IMG/VR virus record: IMGVR_UViG_3300009149_000016
Location: 43,137-107,136 of that record
From: a virus
DNA: 64,000 bases
Strand: one strand, 5' to 3'
The position numbers and the translations under genes were made by a program. Below the pieces are notes generated by a model. It saw only the letters and a program-made list of their open reading frames with translations. It was not told where the DNA came from and did no database searches. This document shows, piece after piece, positions 36,759-45,791 of this stretch (its first letter is position 1; the number at the start of each line of letters is the position of its first letter).

Positions 36759-39700
36759 CGTCTATGTCCATACTTGGTTGCCGTCCGGGAGCGGACATTG
36801 GTCAACCGAAGGGTTTCGACTTTCTTGTCCGGCGACAGCAATGACCGTGAATAGTTCAGGACGTGCTGAATGCCGTTCTCATTCGTGATGTTGAGCGGGC
36901 TGCCGACCGATTGACCAGCGTTGCGCCAAGTGGGTCGAGCCATCACAGGATAGGTTTCCTCAATGTCGACCACCTTACCGGAGATCTCGACGTCATCCAA
37001 GTAGCAAGAGTCAGCGTCTTGGAGTTTGACAGCGGCGTCGTCATAGCCGAGCGTCCAGCAAATGACGTCTTCCCGAGTCGAGATGAAGAACCAGCCAGGC
37101 GTGGCACCTTGGACAAGGTTCCTCATGGTCAAGTCGGCATCGGCGAAGTTGACGTCCACCGTGATGTTGCCGTAGTAGTCGGCTTCACCAGCCGGATCGG
37201 GAACCACACCACCCACGCGCAGGATAGTCATGACGCCCCCGACCTTGCCGGTCGCCTGGTTCCTGAAAACAATCCGAGTGCCCGGCTGGAACAGCGGGGT
37301 GATGAACATCCCGAAAAGGGTGTTACCCACCCAACTCGTCACCGGCCAATCATAGGAAGGACCGCCGCCAGCGTTGTACCAGGTGTAAAGGTTCCAACCC
37401 CAGTTTTGGAAGGAATAACCCCTCGCGAGGTTGGAATAACCTTCGAGCGCCCACAAGTAGGACGCCGAGACGATCCACCGGCCCATCTTGTCGTTCCACT
37501 TGATCTGGGATTTCTTGAGTCGGGCCTGCATCCGACCCCGTTGAGAAACGAACCAAGTTTGGTCCCCGCTCCAAGCATAGTCGCCGTAGAGTGCACCGGG
37601 CACGGTACCGGCCACACGCCCGATAACGGTCTTTTGTGGGTTGGCAACGAGTGAGTTGTTGAAGTGGTCGGCGATCTGTTCAGCCTCAACGAACGCAAGC
37701 TGCGCCGTGTACAAGGCATACCAAGGACTCTCGGATCCGTCGAGATCCCCTACCACCAAGTAGTGACGACCGTTCCAACCGAGCGATGCATTTTTAGCCA
37801 AAGCCAACGAGACAGGATTTTGTCGAATTGCTTCCCGCCGATTGAGATTGAAACCTTCACGCTTGAAGGTCGCCAAGTACGTGATCCGATCGGCAGTGAT
37901 GTACAACAACGCGTATTCATCGTCCACGTCGTTGTAAACGAAGCCCAGAACCCGGGCTGCATTCACGGTATCGCCATCGAGCCACCGTTCGTCAAGAGGC
38001 GTGGGATCGTAGTTCGTCCCCGACGGCGGCAAGCTCGTGATGTCCGAAATGAAGGGATCGCCGAACTGAAGCTGTTGTCGGTTCGAAGCCAGACCACCCG
38101 AGATGATGGAACCGAAGACGTCATTTCCGGCAATGCTACTCAGATCGTAGATGTCCAAGTAGATCCTTTGGTTCGGCATGTCGTAGTCCTTGACAACATG
38201 CCAACCCACATGATCGAAGCTATCGATTGCGCCCGCCTTTGACTTCGTGAGCACAAGAATATCGCCCGGCTGACACCGATCGGTCTCGATGCCAGTAAAG
38301 GAAATGTAATCTGGTTGCGTGATTGACGAAGCGTCGACCCCAACATTTCCGAGCACGGAGAAGGAGCCCGCAATCCTGGAGCTTTCCGCAGCGAGCCGGC
38401 GTACTTGCGTGGGGTTTCCAATTCCTAGTTCAGGAACCACCCACGTGTAGATACGAGGGTCGGGGGGGCTCAACGGCTGGCTTTCGAGCTTCGCTACGAT
38501 CACGAACTGCTTGCCGTCCCACAAAATCTTGGGGTTCGAATACTGCCCTTGGGTGTTAGTGGTGGCGAGAAGGTAGTTCGATGACGAACCAGCGCCATCG
38601 AAGACAGCAATGCCAAGCGCCGAACCGGACCTGAGGGTATCCGTGTTGAGGGAGTTCATCCCAGCAACCCACACGACGGCATAGCTCTTCCCGGAGAACG
38701 CAGCGTCACACACGTAAATCTGGTTGTAATCGAAGTGGTGTGGGTAGGCGGTGATCCCGAAAACATCGCGAGGGATATTTCCGCACGACACGCGAACGAC
38801 GTCAGCAATCTCAGGAACTTCGAACGAATCCCGAGCCGTCGTCAGTTTAGAGTCAATGTTCCCAACTGCATCGTCTCCCGGGAAGAACGCCATGCAGATG
38901 TTGCCGCCGTTCGTGTGAGCACCCTTTGTGAACGTCGGATCCTCATTGCGCTGGGATTCCGTCCAGAAGGCTGCAAAACGCTGGCCGTCCCAGATGACCT
39001 TGGGAGAAGAGGGCTCCTGGTAGCTCTTAGCCGGATCATAAACGAACAAGGGTGCCGTGTCAGTCCCGGTCCATCCATCCTGGACGTACGTCGAGAAGTG
39101 GCCCGTGCCCACATCGTACTTGGGTTCCGGCCCCCACACTTCGAGGGGGTTGCCACCCTTGGCATCCGTGTAGGTTGCCATCATCCGAAGATGGATGTTC
39201 TGGTTCGAGCTACCAGAACCAGGCAGCGACCGCATGTTGGTCCAAGTCAAGTCTGTCGTGAAAGTCGGGTCCTCGATTGGGGTTGCCACCATCGAGGGGT
39301 AGACGAAGCAATTGCGGTAACCGTCCGTGTCGAACCCAGCCGTGGGGGTGGCCGGGAAGCCGTGACGTGTGAACACGTTGTGTTTCGACTTGACCGTGAG
39401 GTGCTTCGGGAGGGTGAAGTGTCCAGGGGTCCGACGCTCCAACCCGTGGATGTTGAGAGATTCCGCTCCGCTGCGGTAAGGCCCGAAGCTTTGGCGGTAG
39501 ACCACCGTCTCATTGACTGTGCCGCCATGGGCGGGCGATCCCGAGATGTTGCGGTCGACAAGGGCGTAGAAGTTCTCGCCCCAAGCCATCGCCACTTGAG
39601 GCACCTCGAAGGGGGCACGCTCGTTGTAGCCCTTGGGGGCGCCGGGGCAAACGCCACGGAACCCAAGGTGACCGGCGATTCGAGTCGTCGGGTAGCTCCA

Positions 39701-42700
39701 ATCCCAACCAGTGCCCAAGTCGTAGATGTTCTCACCTGGCTCACGGTCACCGAATGTGATGGGTCCGTTGCCGCCGCCTGACGAGAAGGTGGGGAAAGCT
39801 CCACCCTGCCACCGACGGCTGACCGTCTGGACCTTGTCCGGCCGGTCTTGCGTGACGTTGTTCAATTCAACGTCATGAGAGTCCGTCAAGCGCGACGCGC
39901 CCATGATGAGCCGACCTTCAGGATCGACCCGGATGCCCATGTTCTTGATGCCCGAGTCCAGATGCCAGTTGCCCACCCGAGTCTCGATGGAAACGAGAGT
40001 CCAAGGCATCCGGTCACCATCGAGCAACGACCAAGCGCCACCAAGCATGAGTGCCACGTGCTCGGAGACCGGGATGATGTCGATGTACTGCGGTCCGGTG
40101 ATGGGGTCGACCACATACAGCAAACTGTTTGAGAACGGTTCCACCGTGGGCAGCAAGTAGTTACCGTCAGAAGCGGACCCGCTGTTTCCGAAGTAGAAAG
40201 TCGGGTCGACCACATACTGTTGGCCGGCGACATCTCGGAAAGTGCCAATCGGTGAAGTGATCGTGCGACGCGTCGGGCTTACGATAGCCCAATCGCTTCC
40301 GGTCCAAGCCACATCCGGGATGAGCGACACTGCACGTGCCATCGACCAAGGATGCAACAGGTGCCGTGCTGAGATCTCCAGATTGTAGCCACGCAAGTCC
40401 GACTTCCCAAAGGGAATGAAGTTGCCACCTGAAAGCGCCCAGTTCATCCACATGGCATTCGGTCGTGGAACGAGCGGGTCGCTTGCGCCAGCGCTCATAG
40501 AGGCAAGCTCGATGGGCCGGTCGACTTGCTGCATGTAGTCCGTCGTGGCAGCGTAGGTCGTCGGCGCCGCACGTCGGGGGTACATGGGGTCCGCTGCAAG
40601 ATTTGTAGAAAGGATGACGTAGCAAACACCAAGATGCTCACGTTGTGCCGTCTGATCGAGACAAGCGGCGCCCGCCACATCGATGAAAACGGCGTTGTGA
40701 CCGTCATCAAAGTTGCTGATCAGGTCCCGAGCCAGGAACCCCGTGGTGTTGAACGCCTGGAAAGCGATGATCCACTGGTTTTCCCCACGACTGATTCGAA
40801 CGAAGTCCGGCTCACGGGGGTTGGGGTTGAAAATAGCGGTATTCGCGTTTTCGTAAGCGCCCGCCACCGGCAACGGTGTGCCGCCGCCAAACTCGTAGTA
40901 AACCTGGATGCGGCTTTGAGGAACGATTGCCCAGTGAACGTTGGTCGCTGCGGCGTACGTGATCTCGTGCGGGGTGTTCTGAGGCTTGATGGCAGCAACG
41001 AGAGGGGCCAAGGCCCAAACGACGCCATCGGTGCCACCATTACCGTTTCCACCACCTGTGACGTTCAAGTGCAAGAACTTCGAACCCCCCGTAACGCCTT
41101 CGTTTGCGAAGTCGACCCCGCTGGCGTCGGAAAGCTCACGAGTCCCACCACCAACATCGGTGATCGTGCCCAAGGTGCCGGTCAGGAGTGCGTGGTCACG
41201 CTCGGACCACACAAAGACTGCGTAACCATCCTCGTTGATGCCGATGTCCGTCGAGGACACGACGTACTTATTTGCGAGAGCATGGGTCAGGATGCCAACC
41301 GGAGCGCCACCAACCATCCGGAACGCTTCCAGACGGCTAAAGGTTGGGCTTGTCCACCACCAGAGCACCCGCAAGTCCGCATCGGCGGGATCTGTCTCGT
41401 TGTACGCCAGGGAAGGATGGTCCCGGTAGCTCGACGAAATAGCACCCAATGTGTAGTTGACGTTGATCGTCGGATCTGTGGCCGGATCGAAAAGCTCGAA
41501 AGCCTTGAGTTGGATGCCCGAGCTTCCGGCTCCGTCCTCAACCCAGATGACAGCGTACTCGTTCGTGAACTTGTTGTACGCGATGCGAGGGTAGTGACCG
41601 CTCGTGTGATTCCCAGCACCAAACGATGAACTGGTGAACAAAGGGGTCGCCGAGTTCTTGAGATCCACCCCGGCACCAGAGTAGAGCATCGAGCCGTCCG
41701 TTGACATCTCGTTGAACCAGATTGCCTGTCCGGTTGCATCCGCCTGGACGATGCCCCACACGCGCCGGGTCGGATTCCAAACGATCCCAATCCCTTCCAT
41801 GGCGGTACCATCGGCGAAAGCCATCGTCGAGGGAGCCGGGGGTTCACCAGGACCGTCCGCTGACAGGTCGTAGACGCCCCAATCCGTGTTCGGTCCAAAC
41901 CGTAGGACTGTCTCACCCGAGATGTTGTGGAGCGTCGTGGACTGCCCTTCACCCTCGATGACCACGCCTGGAGGCACGAACAGCGTGTCCTGCGTGTAGA
42001 AGTGGCCCTTGCGAAGATGCAGCTTGCCGAAGCCATCCTCAGCAGTCTTGACGAGTTGCTCTTTGAGCGACGTGTCGGACTTCCGGATCCCCCGGACATT
42101 GGATGTGAACGACTGCACGGGGTTTTGGTCCGCACCGGGGCTCTTAGGCGGGTTGGCTCCGTCGCCAACGGACAAGGCATGCTTGTCCCCAACGCCGACT
42201 TCCCAATCACGAGCCGAGTCAATACCCGAGTCGAGGTTGAGCATCCGCCAATAGCCCTCGGTCGGGCGGTAGACGAAGTAGCGACGACGTTCAGTTCCCG
42301 AGGAAACCTGCGTTCCGAATTCGGTTGCCTTGGGGGATTCCTCTGCTTGAGGGAGCGACTTGACGTAGAAGTCGAGCAACGAAAGGGACGAATCCGCTCC
42401 GATGTGCCAAGCGTTCGTGGTCACGTCGAAGTACATGCGGGCGGGGCCCTTGGGCTCCGTCTCGGTCCCACGAACCTCGTAGAGACTGCGAGCGCCCCCC
42501 TCAGTGAGGGACTGATCAACCGCCCAGTAGACGGCATACAGGTTGAGCCGCCCCGTCAGGGGGTTGGTTCCGCTCGAAGCGCCAGCCGGCTTGATGTCGT
42601 CGCCCGTGGCAGGAGCCACCGAGAAGCGAACGAGCCCCGCCTGGAAGTCCATGGTCATGCGCTGCTCATCGGGAGCAATGCTGCCATCGATGACCGGGTT

Positions 42701-43594
42701 GAGTTGGGCGATTGGTGCCGCTAGGTTGGGCCCAGAACCGTCTCCAACGTCAGGATACAGAATCACTCGATAGCCAAGCTTGTCGAGGCTCTGGAAGGGT
42801 CCTGGGGAGGGGAAGACCCCATCTGAACGGTCAACCGACGAGTCAGCCCCAAAGTGGGGAGGAACAACGTTCTGGATCCGGACGGCGTTGATCTGATCGA
42901 TCGTCGGGCCTGGATCGTTGTGCAGGGGCGTTCCCGGCTGCACCATCATGAACGTCTGCTCTTGACCGAGCGGACCGCTTCCCGGAACTGCGAGAAGCTG
43001 CGCCACATTGGGGCGAACGATGACGTATGGGTACTCGGCTGTCGGGTCGACGTCGAATTGCGTCGTGACCGCACCGTTCGGGTTGAAGACCTGACTGCAA
43101 CCAAGTTGGTCCGGAAGCACTGCGGAGACGCGCCCCACAGCGTATTGGTTCGCCGTGGTACCCGCCACGATGGGGTACTTGACGAGCACGAGATCGCCCG
43201 CAAGGACGAACAACGTGAAGTTGAGCCCCGGGGTCGGGTCCCGCCAGCGATTTGCTAGGTTGGCGTAACCAATGTTTCCGTCGTACAGGTAATCCGGCCC
43301 GAACCACGAAACCGTCTCGGAGGGAACGCCCGCCACATGGGTGGTCGTACTCAGACCATTGCCAGGATTCGCCGGGGGCGTGATGGTGTAGATGTCATCG
43401 AGAGGAAGAGACGGGCCCGTGAAGTACGGTTCCGCATTGACATCGCCCTTTCCCACGACTCCGTAAGGGGGGGCACCATCGTCTCCGACCGTGAGCGCCT
43501 TCCCGTTCGTCCAAAAATCGGCACGACGGAGTTGCTCCAATTCGAGAGATTCGAGGTTAGAGTACGTCGAAGTGGGGGTGTAGCTCGCCGCCAT
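36755..43594 (-). CDS. giant tailspike/adhesin-like virion protein (2279 aa)
   Basis: Pectate-lyase-like start motif LHLRKGHFY...VPPGVVIEGEG.ST; repeated P.I.W(D/N)G..(F/Y)...W propeller-like blades. Confidence 0.7.
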   Translation of the reverse strand: MAASYTPTSTYSNLESLELEQLRRADFWTNGKALTVGDDGAPPYGVVGKGDVNAEPYFTGPSLPLDDIYTITPPANPGNGLSTTTHVAGVPSETVSWFGPDYLYDGNIGYANLANRWRDPTPGLNFTLFVLAGDLVLVKYPIVAGTTANQYAVGRVSAVLPDQLGCSQVFNPNGAVTTQFDVDPTAEYPYVIVRPNVAQLLAVPGSGPLGQEQTFMMVQPGTPLHNDPGPTIDQINAVRIQNVVPPHFGADSSVDRSDGVFPSPGPFQSLDKLGYRVILYPDVGDGSGPNLAAPIAQLNPVIDGSIAPDEQRMTMDFQAGLVRFSVAPATGDDIKPAGASSGTNPLTGRLNLYAVYWAVDQSLTEGGARSLYEVRGTETEPKGPARMYFDVTTNAWHIGADSSLSLLDFYVKSLPQAEESPKATEFGTQVSSGTERRRYFVYRPTEGYWRMLNLDSGIDSARDWEVGVGDKHALSVGDGANPPKSPGADQNPVQSFTSNVRGIRKSDTSLKEQLVKTAEDGFGKLHLRKGHFYTQDTLFVPPGVVIEGEGQSTTLHNISGETVLRFGPNTDWGVYDLSADGPGEPPAPSTMAFADGTAMEGIGIVWNPTRRVWGIVQADATGQAIWFNEMSTDGSMLYSGAGVDLKNSATPLFTSSSFGAGNHTSGHYPRIAYNKFTNEYAVIWVEDGAGSSGIQLKAFELFDPATDPTINVNYTLGAISSSYRDHPSLAYNETDPADADLRVLWWWTSPTFSRLEAFRMVGGAPVGILTHALANKYVVSSTDIGINEDGYAVFVWSERDHALLTGTLGTITDVGGGTRELSDASGVDFANEGVTGGSKFLHLNVTGGGNGNGGTDGVVWALAPLVAAIKPQNTPHEITYAAATNVHWAIVPQSRIQVYYEFGGGTPLPVAGAYENANTAIFNPNPREPDFVRISRGENQWIIAFQAFNTTGFLARDLISNFDDGHNAVFIDVAGAACLDQTAQREHLGVCYVILSTNLAADPMYPRRAAPTTYAATTDYMQQVDRPIELASMSAGASDPLVPRPNAMWMNWALSGGNFIPFGKSDLRGYNLEISARHLLHPWSMARAVSLIPDVAWTGSDWAIVSPTRRTITSPIGTFRDVAGQQYVVDPTFYFGNSGSASDGNYLLPTVEPFSNSLLYVVDPITGPQYIDIIPVSEHVALMLGGAWSLLDGDRMPWTLVSIETRVGNWHLDSGIKNMGIRVDPEGRLIMGASRLTDSHDVELNNVTQDRPDKVQTVSRRWQGGAFPTFSSGGGNGPITFGDREPGENIYDLGTGWDWSYPTTRIAGHLGFRGVCPGAPKGYNERAPFEVPQVAMAWGENFYALVDRNISGSPAHGGTVNETVVYRQSFGPYRSGAESLNIHGLERRTPGHFTLPKHLTVKSKHNVFTRHGFPATPTAGFDTDGYRNCFVYPSMVATPIEDPTFTTDLTWTNMRSLPGSGSSNQNIHLRMMATYTDAKGGNPLEVWGPEPKYDVGTGHFSTYVQDGWTGTDTAPLFVYDPAKSYQEPSSPKVIWDGQRFAAFWTESQRNEDPTFTKGAHTNGGNICMAFFPGDDAVGNIDSKLTTARDSFEVPEIADVVRVSCGNIPRDVFGITAYPHHFDYNQIYVCDAAFSGKSYAVVWVAGMNSLNTDTLRSGSALGIAVFDGAGSSSNYLLATTNTQGQYSNPKILWDGKQFVIVAKLESQPLSPPDPRIYTWVVPELGIGNPTQVRRLAAESSRIAGSFSVLGNVGVDASSITQPDYISFTGIETDRCQPGDILVLTKSKAGAIDSFDHVGWHVVKDYDMPNQRIYLDIYDLSSIAGNDVFGSIISGGLASNRQQLQFGDPFISDITSLPPSGTNYDPTPLDERWLDGDTVNAARVLGFVYNDVDDEYALLYITADRITYLATFKREGFNLNRREAIRQNPVSLALAKNASLGWNGRHYLVVGDLDGSESPWYALYTAQLAFVEAEQIADHFNNSLVANPQKTVIGRVAGTVPGALYGDYAWSGDQTWFVSQRGRMQARLKKSQIKWNDKMGRWIVSASYLWALEGYSNLARGYSFQNWGWNLYTWYNAGGGPSYDWPVTSWVGNTLFGMFITPLFQPGTRIVFRNQATGKVGGVMTILRVGGVVPDPAGEADYYGNITVDVNFADADLTMRNLVQGATPGWFFISTREDVICWTLGYDDAAVKLQDADSCYLDDVEISGKVVDIEETYPVMARPTWRNAGQSVGSPLNITNENGIQHVLNYSRSLLSPDKKVETLRLTNVRSRTATKYGHRR

Positions 43595-43616
43595 TACGTC
43601 GTTACCTCAATCGGGG

Positions 43617-45791
43617 TCATGCCACCGACCATTCAATGTCTGCGATTTCCAGGGTTTGGCCGATGCCGTTCTTGATCAAGATGACTCGAATGAACAGCAA
43701 GAACTCCCCGGATCCGTTGTCTTGTGTGTACTGCGTCGTGTCGAACGTGTACGTGAAGTCGAACCCGCTGCCCGTCACTGCCGTGCGGCAGCCGTAGAAG
43801 TCGAGGGTTCCCACGCCAGGATCGCCCTTGGGACGTCCAACGTCGAGCCAGCCCGTCTTACCAGGCACCTTCACCTGAACGATACAACCACCAGCATGAC
43901 CGGTCTGTTCGTTGCCGTCGAAAGGTGCCGTCGTTTCCAGATTCGTGAAAGTAACGCCCTGAACCCGGAGCTTGCCGGTGTTGCGGGGGATTCCTGTGTC
44001 GAAAGCCCGGACATACCGACGAAGAACGGCTCCCGAGTCCGAGGCCAAAACCGCAGCGTAGTTCGGCTGCCCGAGCGGCTTGTAACCGGACGTGTAGTTC
44101 TGATTCGGGTAGACAAGATCGTGGCCCACGACCTGAAGGTCAGGCCCGTCCGTCAGGAACACGGCAGCCGAGTTGAAGTCGTCAGGGTCACCGCTGGGAT
44201 CGAGAGGCTTCGTCGGGTCATTTCCATTGTAGTTGGAAAGGAAGCGGTACTTCTCATCCGTGAACGGTTCGGAGACTGCATCTGAGGATGTCGTCGGACC
44301 GCTCTGCGGGTAGCTGTTGAACATGTACTTGGTCAGGTCCAAGTACATTGACGTTGTGAACGGGGTCGAAAGCTGCATCCGAAGAACACCGCCGCCACCT
44401 TTGGGGGTCTCTGCGTTCGGAGCACCGATCGCCAACGTCGTGTTGAGGTACTGAGCGACATCGGTCAGACCCGGGGGCACGCTCACGTCATAGTTCGTGC
44501 CGGGGGGGAGCGACGCATCCTGCAAGCCGAAGTACGGGATCGGGACATCCGCCCCACCAAAGTCCCGGAAAAGCACTTCCATGGGAGCGAACACCGACTC
44601 AAAGCCCACCGGAAGGTCAGGGGGACTGGCAAGCGTTCCGGTCACATAGGAATCGTCGAACAGGTTGGTCGCCTGCACGTCCACGTTCCATGTGAGAGGG
44701 GTCGCGCCGTTGTCGTAATGAGCGACACCCGAGAGCAGGAAGGTCGTCGGGACGCCATTCTCCACGCTCGTGAACACGCTGCCAACAGGGCCAAGCGACC
44801 AATTGGCGTCCTGGTAAACCCAGTGCCGGTTGACGTTTTCGACGTCTCCATTGTCGAAGTCTGGGCTCGTATCGAGCGTCGCCGAGAAGCAGTTGGCGTC
44901 GACGAAGTTGGCCGGGATCAGAGCGGCTCCCTGAATATCCGCCAGCGCTGTAACGTAAGTCTCACGCCAGTGGACCATGACCCACGAACCAGCATCGGCC
45001 GGTCCCACGGTGATGGGATCGAACGTGTAGGTCGCCAACTGGTAGGTCGGGAAGTTCAAGGGGAACACTGAGTACGGAGCGCCTGGGAATCCCGAGTAGT
45101 CAGCGAGGTACGGAAGACGCCACGTGAGTGAGATGATGTCTTCCGGGGTGCTGAGGGACGCCACGTAGTCGAGTTGCTGTCCAAGCTGAAGTGCCTGGTC
45201 GTAAGCCGCCGATGCGATTCCGGGGGGAGCCGGGTTGGCGCCTAGCCAGAGAGCACCAACGAGCGTCGAGGCCCCATCGAGGTAGCTGCCCGTCGTCGAA
45301 TAGTAGAGCGCCACAACGCCCCGGTCGGCCGGGTAGATCATCCCTGTCGCTTGGTAGTCGATGGTCGTGGACGGCACCAGGTAGTGACTGAACTGAACGT
45401 TTGGTCCAGTGTTGGTCCAACCGCCTGTGTTCTTGACGTTGAGGTTTCCCCAATTGGGAATCCCGCTGTTGGGCACGCCGGTATCAAAACCGAGCTTGTC
45501 GGGCTTCGGGGGAATGAGCGCCATCAAAGTGTAGAGTGCATCGAGGACGGATTCCCCCTCGTAAGGCCCCCCAACTGACGTGAGCATGGGCACGATCGGG
45601 TTGGGGTAGTAGGGGTTGACTCCGATGGCCGATGCCATGTGGGCGTCAACCGGGTCGTTGATGTGCGCCGCCAAAGCAGCACCGCCGCCACCACCAGGGG
45701 AGAACGTGAAGGACGAAGCGGTCGCAACCCCGGCTGGGAGCTTCCCCGGACCCGGGTTGACAACCAACGCTGGTCTTTTCGTTGAAGGCAT
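43617..45791 (-). CDS. putative virion structural protein (724 aa)
   Basis: HIND...AH.ASAI fibre-type motif near the N-terminus; structural-block context. Confidence 0.7.
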   Translation of the reverse strand: MPSTKRPALVVNPGPGKLPAGVATASSFTFSPGGGGGAALAAHINDPVDAHMASAIGVNPYYPNPIVPMLTSVGGPYEGESVLDALYTLMALIPPKPDKLGFDTGVPNSGIPNWGNLNVKNTGGWTNTGPNVQFSHYLVPSTTIDYQATGMIYPADRGVVALYYSTTGSYLDGASTLVGALWLGANPAPPGIASAAYDQALQLGQQLDYVASLSTPEDIISLTWRLPYLADYSGFPGAPYSVFPLNFPTYQLATYTFDPITVGPADAGSWVMVHWRETYVTALADIQGAALIPANFVDANCFSATLDTSPDFDNGDVENVNRHWVYQDANWSLGPVGSVFTSVENGVPTTFLLSGVAHYDNGATPLTWNVDVQATNLFDDSYVTGTLASPPDLPVGFESVFAPMEVLFRDFGGADVPIPYFGLQDASLPPGTNYDVSVPPGLTDVAQYLNTTLAIGAPNAETPKGGGGVLRMQLSTPFTTSMYLDLTKYMFNSYPQSGPTTSSDAVSEPFTDEKYRFLSNYNGNDPTKPLDPSGDPDDFNSAAVFLTDGPDLQVVGHDLVYPNQNYTSGYKPLGQPNYAAVLASDSGAVLRRYVRAFDTGIPRNTGKLRVQGVTFTNLETTAPFDGNEQTGHAGGCIVQVKVPGKTGWLDVGRPKGDPGVGTLDFYGCRTAVTGSGFDFTYTFDTTQYTQDNGSGEFLLFIRVILIKNGIGQTLEIADIEWSVA

